Origin: an uncultured Pseudomonadales bacterium
GTDB taxonomy: Bacteria; Patescibacteriota; Microgenomatia; UBA1400; MFAQ01
Assembly (NCBI GenBank): GCA_964509695.1
Contig: CAZDXN010000002.1
Span: 6,621 to 70,620 of the forward strand
Direction: 5' to 3'
Length of the DNA stretch: 64,000 nucleotides
Made by a program: the position numbers and the translations under genes. Shown one piece after another: positions 13,292 to 22,454 of the stretch. The notes under the pieces are model-generated. The model saw nothing but the letters and a program-made list of their open reading frames with translations. It made no database searches and was not told the DNA's origin. Each line of letters opens with the position of its first letter. The stretch's first letter is position 1.

Positions 13292-13885
13292 ATGAAGCTT
13301 TTGAGGTCAAGAGGTTTTACAATGATTGAGCTATTAATTGTGATTGGTGTCTTAGGAATTTTGGCCACTGGTCTTTTGGCGGCGGTAGATCCGTTTGAGC
13401 AGTTGAAGAAAGCCAGAGATACGAATAATCGTCAGGCAGCTGTTTCCCTGCAAACGGCGTTTATTCGCTACTATGCAACTCACGGCCAACTCCCATGGGA
13501 TCTGGCAACTTTACCGGATGCAGATTGTGCTCCTAGTCTCTTTGGTGCAGGTAGAGCAGTGGGTTCCTTGGTGAATGTTGCTGGTATGAAGGACTGTGTG
13601 ACTTTGTTGGAGAACGATGGAGAACTGAAAAGTGGTTTCGTAACCGCGTTGGGTGACGTGGTGGCTGGCTCAATGAATGTTAACTCTCCTACTGTAGGAA
13701 GTGCAACGGTTTGTTTTCCGGTATCCAGTAAAGCAATCTTTGCCGAGAGTAATACGAAGTTTACTATCTCTGGTGCGGATCGAACCGCTGAGGACCCTCC
13801 CGCGTGTACTGATGCATCGAAGGCTGCTCTTAGTGGGCAAAAAGTTTCTGATAATCCGCCTAGTTGTTATCTTTGTATTAAATAG
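13292..13885 (+). CDS. type IV (major) pilin with a class III signal peptide
   Basis: Leader MKLLRSRG|FTMIELLIVIGVLGILA (G-F-T-x-x-E). Own promoter candidate and a strong downstream terminator. Confidence 0.8.
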   Translation: MKLLRSRGFTMIELLIVIGVLGILATGLLAAVDPFEQLKKARDTNNRQAAVSLQTAFIRYYATHGQLPWDLATLPDADCAPSLFGAGRAVGSLVNVAGMKDCVTLLENDGELKSGFVTALGDVVAGSMNVNSPTVGSATVCFPVSSKAIFAESNTKFTISGADRTAEDPPACTDASKAALSGQKVSDNPPSCYLCIK

Positions 13886-13907
13886 CTCATCTAGTGTATT
13901 TTCCAAG

Positions 13908-13936
13908 GACGGCCTTACGGCCGTCTTTGTGGTTTT
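13908..13936 (+). terminator. rho-independent terminator after the pilin gene
   Basis: gacggcc-ttac-ggccgtc followed by tttgtggtttt. Confidence 0.7.
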
Positions 13937-13957
13937 AATCTGATATAGTAATCGTAA

Positions 13958-14752
13958 ATGGTTTTGGGGTTAATATTTTTACTTGGGTTAGTTATTGGAA
14001 GTTTTCTGAATGTGGTGATTTATCGGACCACTCACGGAACCTCTCCCCTTTCCGGTCGATCGGTTTGTCCTAAATGTAAAGAGAAGATTTCCTGGAAACA
14101 TAACATTCCCTTGATTTCTTTTTTCCTGCTGCAGGGGAAATGTGCCAATTGTAAAACGAAGATTAGTTGGCAGTACCCTGTGGTTGAATTTATGACCGGG
14201 ATAATGTTTGTTTGGTGGTTTCTAGTGGGTAGAAGCTTCTTTCTGTTGTTTGGAGAGCCGTGGAGTGTACTACAGCCTGTCTTTTGGCTCGTGGTGGGGA
14301 TGCTGCTCTTGGTAATTTTTATCACCGATCTTCGATTTGGCTTAATCCCCGATCAGGTCAGTCTTCCCCTGTTTGTTCTCGCTTTGGGATATCGATTGGG
14401 TTTGGTGACGAGTCAGCAAATGCAAAGCTCGGATTTGGTCAACGCGGTAATTTCCGGTTTGGTGTTGATGCTGTTTTTTTACAGCCTGTGGTACTTCACC
14501 AAGGGACGCGGGTTTGGGTTTGGGGATGTAAAATTGGCTCCCTCTTTGGGACTACTGTTGGGTTGGCCGAGAACTTTGGTTGGTGTGTTTATTGGCTTCC
14601 TTCTTGGAGCGGTGGTGGCTGTTGTCTTGTTGATACTCGGTCGGAAGAGGTTCGGTCAGACGATTCCTCTTGGTCCATTTTTGGTTTTGGGGACTGTCGC
14701 GGCTTTGTTGTGGGGACAGCAGTTGTGGTCTTGGTACTTTGGGTTGTTATAA
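13958..14752 (+). CDS. pilD: prepilin peptidase (A24 family)
   Basis: N-terminal Zn-binding CPKC...CANC. Polytopic membrane domain with the FGFGDVKL aspartate motif. Confidence 0.9.
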   Translation: MVLGLIFLLGLVIGSFLNVVIYRTTHGTSPLSGRSVCPKCKEKISWKHNIPLISFFLLQGKCANCKTKISWQYPVVEFMTGIMFVWWFLVGRSFFLLFGEPWSVLQPVFWLVVGMLLLVIFITDLRFGLIPDQVSLPLFVLALGYRLGLVTSQQMQSSDLVNAVISGLVLMLFFYSLWYFTKGRGFGFGDVKLAPSLGLLLGWPRTLVGVFIGFLLGAVVAVVLLILGRKRFGQTIPLGPFLVLGTVAALLWGQQLWSWYFGLL

Positions 14753-15246
14753 TGAAATTAATGGTTATTAAAAGTCGCGGCTTTACGCTGATGGAACTTA
14801 TGATCGTGGTGGCGATCATAATGATATTGGCGGCAGTAGGATTCTCAAATTATGTTTTTAGTCTGAAGAAGTCCCACGACGCGGCTCGGAAGAGCGATTT
14901 GGCGACGATAGCCAAGGGCTTGGAAGCTTTTGCTAATGATTTTACGGACTATCCCGATGATGACGACGCGGGAGGCATAAAGGCCTGTGACTCTGGGGCG
15001 GGTCTGGTCGCTTGTTCTTGGGGTGATCCGATGACGGCTAAGCCAAATGGAACGGTTCAAACGTATCTAATCAAGATCCCCAAGGACCCGGTGGACGGGC
15101 AGTATTATTACTATATAAAGACCACTGATGGTTTTGAATTGTATGCAGGCTTGGAAAATACCTCGGATCCAAGCTATAAGTTGACAGGAATTTCTTGTGG
15201 TGATTTAGAATGTAGTTATACACTTACCCAAGGAGGAGTGAAATGA
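14752..15246 (+). CDS. pilin-like protein (minor pilin / pseudopilin)
   Basis: The real start MKLMVIKSRG|FTLMELMIVVAIIMILAAV overlaps the pilD stop (ATAATG). The upstream part of ORF 14260-15246 is an out-of-frame overlap of pilD. Confidence 0.75.
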   Translation: MKLMVIKSRGFTLMELMIVVAIIMILAAVGFSNYVFSLKKSHDAARKSDLATIAKGLEAFANDFTDYPDDDDAGGIKACDSGAGLVACSWGDPMTAKPNGTVQTYLIKIPKDPVDGQYYYYIKTTDGFELYAGLENTSDPSYKLTGISCGDLECSYTLTQGGVK

Positions 15247-15677
15247 AAGAACTCAAAACTTATGGATTCACGCTGATTGAGCTGGTCATAGTGATGGCGA
15301 TCATTGCTACCTTGACGGCTTTGGCCACTTTTAATTTCTCTCAGGCCAGAGTGAGGGCACGGGATATCCAGAGAAAAAACGAACTGAAGGCCATTCAAAA
15401 CGCCTTGGAGCTGTATAAAAATGACAAAATGCCACAGGAATATCCGGCAACAGCCGATCTCGAGTCAGCATTGGTGACTACGTATATGCCGAAATTGCCT
15501 GTGGACCCGAAGGAGAAGGCGGCTGACAATAGTTGGATGGACTATGCCTACGCGTGGGTCGACAGCTTGCACTACACCCTTCAGGCTTGTCTGGAAAATA
15601 CAAGTGATCCGGATAAGACGGTAACCCCCTGTGGACCAACTAGTGAGGGATATATTTATCAATTAACTCAACCTTAG
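15243..15677 (+). CDS. pilin-like protein
   Basis: MKELKTYG|FTLIELVIVMAIIATLTA. ATGA overlap with the previous gene. Confidence 0.75.
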   Translation: MKELKTYGFTLIELVIVMAIIATLTALATFNFSQARVRARDIQRKNELKAIQNALELYKNDKMPQEYPATADLESALVTTYMPKLPVDPKEKAADNSWMDYAYAWVDSLHYTLQACLENTSDPDKTVTPCGPTSEGYIYQLTQP

Positions 15678-15688
15678 AATAAGAATCT

Positions 15689-16129
15689 ATGAAGTTAAGA
15701 AGTTACGAATCTGAGAAAAAGGGGTTTACGCTGTTGGAGTTGTTGGTGGTGATAGGGATCATTGCTTTGCTGGTGGGTATTGCGACAGTAAGTTATAGCG
15801 CGGCTCAAGCGAGAACTCGTGATGCGCGCAGACGGGCCGATCTGAATTCGATGAAGGACGCTTTGGAGCAATATTACTCGGCTACTAGTTTTGTTTATCC
15901 AGCAACTTGTAGTACGGCCGCAACGGATTTCCTGAAAAGTTCTTGGCCGGTGGATCCGGGGGCGACGATGTCCTATGACGACTTTTGCGATGCTGATAGC
16001 TATTACATTTGCGCAACAATGGAAGTGACAACTGCAGGAAATGCTTCTGCTGCGGCCACTGACGCTGATGGAACTGGTCTGGTTTGGGACAGCAACGGGG
16101 CTTATTATTGTGTGGGAAATCTACAATGA
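15689..16129 (+). CDS. pilin-like protein
   Basis: MKLRSYESEKKG|FTLLELLVVIGIIALLVG. Confidence 0.75.
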   Translation: MKLRSYESEKKGFTLLELLVVIGIIALLVGIATVSYSAAQARTRDARRRADLNSMKDALEQYYSATSFVYPATCSTAATDFLKSSWPVDPGATMSYDDFCDADSYYICATMEVTTAGNASAAATDADGTGLVWDSNGAYYCVGNLQ

Positions 16130-16142
16130 TTAATAAGAAGCT

Positions 16143-16523
16143 ATGAATCTACGAATTTACGAATTTAAGAATAAAGGGTTTACGTTTATTGAATTGTTGG
16201 TGTCGGTGACGATCATGGCGGTGATGATGGCGGTGGCAATTGTGTCTTATTCGAGTACCAATGTGAGGAGCAGAGACACGAAACGAAAGGCAGATATGGA
16301 GACAATTCGATCGGCCTTGGAGATTTGCAGATCGAATACCGGTGAGTATCCGGCGGTGATTTACAATTCGGTGGTCTGCAGTGACACGACGGTTACACTC
16401 CAAAATACTCCCACCGATCCCAAACCTCCTGCTGTTTATGTTTACACCCCTCTAACCACCACAACGTATACCCTGACTTGCACCTTAGAGCTGGCTGGAA
16501 CCTGCTCGTATTCAAATCCATGA
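16143..16523 (+). CDS. pilin-like protein
   Basis: MNLRIYEFKNKG|FTFIELLVSVTIMAVMMA. Confidence 0.75.
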   Translation: MNLRIYEFKNKGFTFIELLVSVTIMAVMMAVAIVSYSSTNVRSRDTKRKADMETIRSALEICRSNTGEYPAVIYNSVVCSDTTVTLQNTPTDPKPPAVYVYTPLTTTTYTLTCTLELAGTCSYSNP

Positions 16524-17017
16524 AGCCCGCCTACGTAGGATACTTCGGTGAGGTGAGGGGTTTTACCCTGATCGAGTTGCTGATTACGTCGACAATTATC
16601 ATTTTGTTCTCGGGATCGGCACTAGCGGCTTTTTTGAACTATCAGGATTTTAGAACTACGAATGACGCGGCGAACTCAGTAGCCGAGAGACTTCGAACGA
16701 TTCAGATCAAGGCGACTGCCGTAGAGATCCCCGCTGGTTGCGCAACTGTATCTAATTATGTTGTTAGTTACAGCGGCGCGAATTTAACCGTTACGGCCAC
16801 TTGCCCCGGAATTGGTTCTGTGGAAGTGCCCAGCTTGTCGTTGAGTCTAGTAAATAGTGTTTTCCAGAATTCGGGAACGATTACTTTTGACAGCCGGACA
16901 GTCTCGGCGACAGCGGGGCAGGTGGATATTTGTGGAAATAAAAAACTATTTAGAATTACAGTGAGTGGTTCGGCAAATGTGGGTAAACCAGTCAATGATC
17001 CGGCTGGTTGTCCGTAA
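16520..17017 (+). CDS. pilin-like protein; start moved to the ATG overlapping the previous stop
   Basis: MKPAYVGYFGEVRG|FTLIELLITSTIIILFSG. ATGA overlap at 16520-16523. Confidence 0.7.
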   Translation: MKPAYVGYFGEVRGFTLIELLITSTIIILFSGSALAAFLNYQDFRTTNDAANSVAERLRTIQIKATAVEIPAGCATVSNYVVSYSGANLTVTATCPGIGSVEVPSLSLSLVNSVFQNSGTITFDSRTVSATAGQVDICGNKKLFRITVSGSANVGKPVNDPAGCP

Positions 17018-17032
17018 CTGGTAAACTAAATC

Positions 17033-17425
17033 ATGATTAGAAGGAAGATGGGCGGACAGTTGATGGTAGAGATTTTAGTGGGATTGGGGGTGATTACAAT
17101 GGCTTTGGTGGCGAGCCTCGTCGCGGTGACTCACGCCTCGCGATTGGCTAGGGCGAGTAGGAACAAACTCGAGGCGACCAGATACGGAGAACAAGTACTC
17201 GAGTCACTGCGGAATACTCGCGACCAAGATAAGGCGCTTTTTTTCGCAAATGCGACCTGCCCGATGTGTGAGTCGTTTGTGGTTGGAACTGTCTATGGGT
17301 GCACTTTTTCGGTGTGTGAGTTTTCTCCTACTCGTGCTGACGTGACGGTGAAAATAACCTGGAGCGATGGTGATAGTAACGCCTCTATTTCTATACCGAC
17401 GGTGTTAACTCTGTATGATCTATGA
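17033..17425 (+). CDS. divergent pilin-like protein
   Basis: MIRRKMGG|QLMVEILVGLGVITMALVA keeps the Gly, the Glu at +5 and the hydrophobic helix. Confidence 0.55.
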   Translation: MIRRKMGGQLMVEILVGLGVITMALVASLVAVTHASRLARASRNKLEATRYGEQVLESLRNTRDQDKALFFANATCPMCESFVVGTVYGCTFSVCEFSPTRADVTVKITWSDGDSNASISIPTVLTLYDL

Positions 17426-17982
17426 TTAAAAAACTCAAAAACTCAAAAACTCAAAAACTCAAAATTGGCGGTTTTACGCTGATGGAACTAATAGTGGCGG
17501 TGGGGATTATTGGGCTGTTGGCGGCGACGGGGGCGGCGATTTTTTTCCGATCACTTCGCGGTTCATCTCAAACCGAGATCAGGCAGACTTTGGATGGGAG
17601 GGTGCGACTGATTACCAGTAGTTTGTCCCGCTTCTTGCTAGAGGGAGAAATCTTCTCTCTTGATAGTCTGGATAGAACGAGCTGTTTATTGTCCGGACAG
17701 GTTAGTGGGGATTCTTTGGAGGTAGTTGGTTTGGATAATTCGATTTCAACTATATCGGTGACAAATGGTGTGATTTCGTCTGCGTCAGCAGAGATTAACC
17801 CGGAGAGCGTGACCGTGGAACACCAGGGAGTTTTGGGATACTATTTTATTTGGTACTGTGGCAATGGAGTGCCAGATAGGTTGGTGATGAAGTTTTCCGC
17901 GACGTATTCCGGTCAGCAGGGGGATACGGGGGTGAGTGGTGATTATGATATTGAGGTGACGATGAGGAACAGTGGGCAGTAA
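17422..17982 (+). CDS. pilin-like protein
   Basis: KLKIGG|FTLMELIVAVGIIGLLAA. The leader is encoded by a 4x tandem aaaactc heptamer (17430-17460). Confidence 0.7.
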   Translation: MIKKLKNSKTQKLKIGGFTLMELIVAVGIIGLLAATGAAIFFRSLRGSSQTEIRQTLDGRVRLITSSLSRFLLEGEIFSLDSLDRTSCLLSGQVSGDSLEVVGLDNSISTISVTNGVISSASAEINPESVTVEHQGVLGYYFIWYCGNGVPDRLVMKFSATYSGQQGDTGVSGDYDIEVTMRNSGQ

Positions 17983-18033
17983 TTTAGTAGTGACACGGTG
18001 CCACAGTGACACGGGGTATTGTAGAATGAAATT

Positions 18034-18783
18034 ATGAAGCGTTCTTCAAGTTCTGGTCAGGCGGCTCTGATATTGATTATGATCATGGCGGTCGTGGGGG
18101 CGGCGTCTGTGGGCGTGGCCAGTCGGTCGGTGGAGAACTTGCGTTCGAGTGAGATTGAGGGGACCAGTACTCAGTCGCTCAAGGAAGCTGAGTCTGCTCT
18201 AGAGCTGGCTCTTCAGACCGGTGGCGATATATCTTCCGATAACTATTCGGCGCAGTTTACGGTTGGTGGTGGAGATGGTTTTGTATCAGATCAGGTTGAG
18301 GCGGGCGATGTAGTGCAGGTTTCATTGGTTGGGGCGGCGGGAGTGACCGGAATGAATATTTATTGGAATTCTGGTGCGGCAGTCAAGGTTGAGGTTTTGA
18401 ACTCCGGTGGTGGAGGCGCTTACTCAGTAAAATACTATACTGCGGATCAGGATGGAATCAGAAGGGACTTGAACAAGTTTTCCAGTCCTTCGGGAGGTAG
18501 CTCGCTTTTTAAGGGAAAAACTTTTGGAAATAGACTAACCATTAATCCGTTTTCCCCGCCAGCGGGGCAAACAGCGCAGATGGTGAGGATCACTCTACTC
18601 TATCAGGGTAGTTTGGTTGGAGTTGAGCCTATCGGTGGGACTTTGGTTGGACAGATGGTGACTGTAAATGCGGCTGGTACCGCAGGAGATTCGACCACAA
18701 CCTTGGAGTTAAATAAATTTTCAGATAGAGTTCCGGTTGTCTTTGACAATGTATTATTTACTAACGGGAGTTTAAGTCAATAA
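18034..18783 (+). CDS. PilX-N-like pilus-associated protein
   Basis: N-terminus SGQAALILIMIMAVVGAASVGVA followed by a Gly/Ser/Thr-rich beta-type region. Position inside the pilus locus. Confidence 0.45.
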   Translation: MKRSSSSGQAALILIMIMAVVGAASVGVASRSVENLRSSEIEGTSTQSLKEAESALELALQTGGDISSDNYSAQFTVGGGDGFVSDQVEAGDVVQVSLVGAAGVTGMNIYWNSGAAVKVEVLNSGGGGAYSVKYYTADQDGIRRDLNKFSSPSGGSSLFKGKTFGNRLTINPFSPPAGQTAQMVRITLLYQGSLVGVEPIGGTLVGQMVTVNAAGTAGDSTTTLELNKFSDRVPVVFDNVLFTNGSLSQ

Positions 18784-18787
18784 GAAT

Positions 18788-19798
18788 ATGCCTGCTTTTT
18801 TTGGATTGGATATTGGAAGTAGTTCGATAAAACTAATACAACTTTCCGGAAAAAATATTTCTTCGGCGGTGATTTGTGCTAATCCCACCGGAAAAATCGG
18901 CGTTGACTTGGTTCCATCTGAGCAAAACTCTCTAATTGATGCCGTTAAGGCCATGCTGGTGACGAATAAAGTCAAGAATAAGAAGGTGGTGGTCTCGATT
19001 CCGGAATCGTTGGTCTATACGCGGGTGATGAGTTTTCCGGTAATGTCGTCACCGGAGTTGGCGACGGCGATTAGATGGGAGGCAGAACAAGTAATTCCCT
19101 ACCCGATTGACAAATTGGAACTTTCTTGGGTAGTGATGTTTAAACCAAAAAACAGTTCGAGTACTGAGAAGATGAAGGTCTTGGTAGTGGCCGTGCCTAG
19201 CAAAATTTCTAATGCCTATGTTAACTTTCTGGACTTGCTTGGTTTGGAAGTGGTCCGTGTCGAAAATGAAACAGTATCTCTGGTGAGGAGTTTGCTGATA
19301 GCCAGAAAGGTTGTCGGTGTCAGTTTGATAGTAGACATTGGGTTTAATAATACCAAGATGGTGATAGCAGACACGCTTCAAATTTATACAAACTATCTTT
19401 CTACCTTGGGGGGAATGGCTTTTACGAGGATTATAGCGGAAGCCTTTAAACTGGCTGTTGGTCAGGCCGAGGAATACAAACGAACATATGGTTTGGATAA
19501 GACTCAGTTTGAAGGGAAGCTCTATGCGGCTATGGAACCGGTACTTTCCGGTCTGGTGGGAGATATCAAAAAAGTGGTTGCTAGCTATCTCTCGACTTAT
19601 CCAGATCGAAAGATTGATAGACTGATCTTGGCCGGGGGAGGTGCTTATTTGAAGGGGCTAGTCCCCGTGTTGACCGCTCAGACCGGATTGGAAGTGGGTA
19701 TCGGGAACGCCTTTGAGGGGTTTAAGGTTCTCGAAAATATCAGAAGTCTTGGTACGGTGTACGCTGTGGCGACTGGGTTAGCGACCGAGGAGGAATAA
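18788..19798 (+). CDS. pilM: type IV pilus assembly protein PilM (actin-like ATPase fold)
   Basis: FFGLDIGSSSIKLIQL, the LIVDIGFNNTKMV phosphate motifs and LILAGGGA. Confidence 0.8.
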   Translation: MPAFFGLDIGSSSIKLIQLSGKNISSAVICANPTGKIGVDLVPSEQNSLIDAVKAMLVTNKVKNKKVVVSIPESLVYTRVMSFPVMSSPELATAIRWEAEQVIPYPIDKLELSWVVMFKPKNSSSTEKMKVLVVAVPSKISNAYVNFLDLLGLEVVRVENETVSLVRSLLIARKVVGVSLIVDIGFNNTKMVIADTLQIYTNYLSTLGGMAFTRIIAEAFKLAVGQAEEYKRTYGLDKTQFEGKLYAAMEPVLSGLVGDIKKVVASYLSTYPDRKIDRLILAGGGAYLKGLVPVLTAQTGLEVGIGNAFEGFKVLENIRSLGTVYAVATGLATEEE

Positions 19799-20337
19799 TG
19801 AAAATAAATATTGTCCGGCAGGACTCTCTAAAATTTCGTAAAGCGGCTCGAATCAGGACTATTAATGCGATAGTGACGATCGGCAGTATCAGTCTTTTTG
19901 CTCTTTCGGTATTCATAACATCAGGTCAATTTATTTATTTGGGTTTTCGCAGCCGTCAGCTGTCCGATCAGATTAAAACTTTGGGAGACCTATATAACGC
20001 TAGAAGCAAAGACCAAGTCGAGTATATTGCGATAAAAAGAATAATTGACAGGGTTGATCAAATTCAAAGCAGCAGGTTCAAATACCGGGATTTTTTGAAT
20101 GTAATTTATAGGCTATTGCCGAGTAACGCCAAGTTATCCAGTGTTGATTTTGGTAAACCCGGAGTGGTGGTGGTTGGGATCAGACTGCAAACGCTTGATG
20201 ATTATGACGCGATTTTGGTGAATATAAATAACGGTCAGTTGGATAATGATTTTTTGTTTTCGGCGGCGGCTCAACCAAACCTACGAATGGATAAGGCAGG
20301 ACAATATCTGGTCACGTTAGAATTAAAGATAAAATAA
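19798..20337 (+). CDS. PilN-like bitopic pilus alignment protein
   Basis: Single TM (IVTIGSISLFALSVFITSG) and a coiled region. Coupled to the pilM stop (TAATG). Confidence 0.5.
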   Translation: MKINIVRQDSLKFRKAARIRTINAIVTIGSISLFALSVFITSGQFIYLGFRSRQLSDQIKTLGDLYNARSKDQVEYIAIKRIIDRVDQIQSSRFKYRDFLNVIYRLLPSNAKLSSVDFGKPGVVVVGIRLQTLDDYDAILVNINNGQLDNDFLFSAAAQPNLRMDKAGQYLVTLELKIK

Positions 20338-21110
20338 TGACAACTACACAACTTGGTACAGAAAAGGTCTTTGGATTCATCTTACCTACTGGCGCTAATG
20401 GTCGGTTGGTGAAGCAAACGGTGATGGCGTTTTTGATGGCTGGGTTTTTGCTTTCTTTGTTCGTCTTTTTTATCGCTCCTAGGTTTTCAGAATTGGCGGT
20501 TGAAACCAAGAAGGTAAAGGATCTGGAGATGAAGAGTGATAATTTGACTAAGAGTCTGGATGCTTTGGACAACTTTCGTCAAAATGTAAGTGGTTTGGCT
20601 CGCGAAAGTGTCTATTTGGCTGTTCCGACGAAGTTTGATCCGGGGTATATATTGCTTTCTTTGAGAAAACTGGCTACTGAGAACCAAGTAAACTTGGTAA
20701 CATACAGTCTGGCTGGAGGAGAACTAAAGGAAGTTGCCGATAAAAAGTCTATCATTGGAGCTGTTCCTCACTTGGTCAAGGTAGAGATTTCAGGAACACC
20801 TCTAAATCTAATTAATTTTGTTGATACTCTCGATCACTATCTACCGGTTGTTTCGGTGGCCGACTTATCAATTTCAGAGGTTTCCCAGGTGATTACTAGC
20901 GGCGCTAATTATTCTAAGCTTACAATGAGTTTGAATTTTTACCATATGCCTTTATCCTTGGCTTCTGCAGAGCTGTTGACGGGAAAATTGCTGACCCAAA
21001 AAGATATTGATACAATCAATTCCTTGAGCAAATACAAACGCTTGGGGAGTTCTTCTTCGGGGGTAGGCGTTCCTGCCGGATCAGGCAAGGAAAACATCTT
21101 CGGGTTTTAG
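20337..21110 (+). CDS. PilO-like bitopic pilus alignment protein
   Basis: Single TM (VMAFLMAGFLLSLFVFFIA) followed by a coiled coil. Call rests on position after the pilN-like gene. Confidence 0.4.
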   Translation: MTTTQLGTEKVFGFILPTGANGRLVKQTVMAFLMAGFLLSLFVFFIAPRFSELAVETKKVKDLEMKSDNLTKSLDALDNFRQNVSGLARESVYLAVPTKFDPGYILLSLRKLATENQVNLVTYSLAGGELKEVADKKSIIGAVPHLVKVEISGTPLNLINFVDTLDHYLPVVSVADLSISEVSQVITSGANYSKLTMSLNFYHMPLSLASAELLTGKLLTQKDIDTINSLSKYKRLGSSSSGVGVPAGSGKENIFGF

Positions 21111-21147
21111 TTTTGGGCCAACCTCCTAGGTTGTCCAATTTTTTTCT

Positions 21148-21206
21148 GTCATTCCCGACCTGATCGGGAATCTATTTGAATGGATCCCCGCTTTCGCGGG
21201 GATGAC
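21148..21206. repeat. MITE-like double-hairpin repeat (GTCATTCC...GGATGAC termini)
   Basis: gtcattcccga-cctga-tcgggaatctatttgaatggatccccgc-tttc-gcggggatgac. Near-identical to the core of the 92-bp units at 22238-22447. Confidence 0.75.
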
Positions 21207-21248
21207 AATTGCCTGAGAGGATGACCCTGGTAGGATATAATCTTTGAT

Positions 21249-21881
21249 ATGGATCTTTATCAGGGAATGACAAAAGGCAACACTGTTCTACTTGTAATCG
21301 ACCCCGTCAACTCTTGCGCTCACGAAAAATGTGAAACACCGGAGTGGAACATCCATTTTTCAAAAATAAGGGAAATGCTTCCTAAATTAGCGAAATTTAT
21401 TTCTGACTACAGAAAAAAGGTCGGTGGAATGGTCGTCTTTATCACAATCACCCCCTGGAACAAGGAAAATTTGCCGGATAACATTAACGAGCTATATAAA
21501 GATCCGAAAGCTTTATACTACTCCGACGATAACACGGGCTTTGACGAACAGTTTTATTGTGTCAAACCGGAAAAAGAGGATTTGGTTTTTGTGAAAAATG
21601 CCTATGACGCCTTTACTAACAAGGAGGTGGTGGCGGAGTTTGAAAAACGGGGAATCAGATACGTAGTCATGGCTGGAATGTTTACTGATGGATGTGTGTT
21701 GGCAACAACAGTGAATGGATTCTCTAGGGGATATAACTTTGTGATCCTTAAAGATTTGATTGAAACCACAGACGACCCGAAACGCCAAAGACTGCAAAAA
21801 CTTCTGACCAACTATACTTTCCCAGTATTATACGGAAAAACAATTGCGGCAAGGGAGTTTTTGGATAGTTGGAGGAGGTAG
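21249..21881 (+). CDS. isochorismatase-family cysteine hydrolase
   Basis: VLLVIDPVNSC and MAGMFTDGCVLATTVNG (catalytic Asp...Lys...Cys arrangement). Confidence 0.75.
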   Translation: MDLYQGMTKGNTVLLVIDPVNSCAHEKCETPEWNIHFSKIREMLPKLAKFISDYRKKVGGMVVFITITPWNKENLPDNINELYKDPKALYYSDDNTGFDEQFYCVKPEKEDLVFVKNAYDAFTNKEVVAEFEKRGIRYVVMAGMFTDGCVLATTVNGFSRGYNFVILKDLIETTDDPKRQRLQKLLTNYTFPVLYGKTIAAREFLDSWRR

Positions 21882-21892
21882 ATTTTATTTGT

Positions 21893-21920
21893 ATAGATTC
21901 CCGATTAGATCGGGAATGAC
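21893..21920. repeat. single unit of the ATAGATTCC-hairpin-GGAATGAC family
   Basis: tatagattcccgat-tag-atcgggaatgac, abutting the 3' end of the GIY-YIG gene. Confidence 0.65.
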
Positions 21921-21924
21921 ACTG

Positions 21925-22212
21925 TTAATTCAAATCACCAGATAGGTCGCTCCAATCGGGGTTTGTTTTTTCGATTAGTTCGATTTTCCATTTTCGATTC
22001 CATTTTTTCAGCTGTTTTTCTCTTGCGATTGCTTCGGTTGGATTATTGTATTCTTCGAAATACACCAAACTATGTACTGTGTATTTTTCGGTGAATCCCT
22101 TTATTAAATCTGCTTGGTGAAGGGAGACTCTTGTTCTCAGGTCCCCCGTTATCCCAATGTACAAAGTCCCATTTTTGTAACTTGCCAGGATATAAATGAA
22201 ATATCTCTTCAC
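21925..22212 (-). CDS. small stand-alone GIY-YIG nuclease-domain protein (UPF0213/COG2827 type)
   Basis: YFIYILASYKNGTLYIGITGDLRTRVSLH...REKQLKKWNRKWK. Confidence 0.85.
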   Translation of the reverse strand: MKRYFIYILASYKNGTLYIGITGDLRTRVSLHQADLIKGFTEKYTVHSLVYFEEYNNPTEAIAREKQLKKWNRKWKIELIEKTNPDWSDLSGDLN

Positions 22213-22237
22213 GAGATTATTGTACTTTTTTTGTATA

Positions 22238-22447
22238 GATCCCCGCTTTCGCGAGGATGACCTTGTGGTTTAGAATGTTGGTGGAGAAAACGCTGTCATT
22301 CCCGACTTGATCGGGAATCTATTTGAATGGATCCCCGCTTTCGCGAGGATGACCTTGTGGTTTAGAATGTTGGTGGAGAAAACGCTGTCATTCCCGACTT
22401 GATCGGGAATCTATTTGAATGGATCCCCGCTTTCGCGAGGATGACAA
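22238..22447. repeat. tandem direct repeat, 92-bp unit x about 2.3, each unit carrying the double-hairpin MITE-like core
   Basis: Units start at 22238, 22330 and 22422. Copies 1 and 2 read identical. Confidence 0.9.
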
Positions 22448-22454
22448 ATATGGA

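Noticed and set aside
14260-14751. N-terminal two-thirds of the 328-aa ORF 14260-15246
   Set aside because: It overlaps pilD in another frame and has low-complexity, Arg/Gly/Trp-rich content. A canonical prepilin leader begins at the ATG at 14752, which overlaps the pilD stop, so only 14752-15246 is taken as coding.
22238-22447. CRISPR array
   Set aside because: The 92-bp units are identical throughout, including the segment that would have to be a spacer. There are only about 2.3 copies and no cas genes nearby. It is a tandem duplication of a MITE-like unit.
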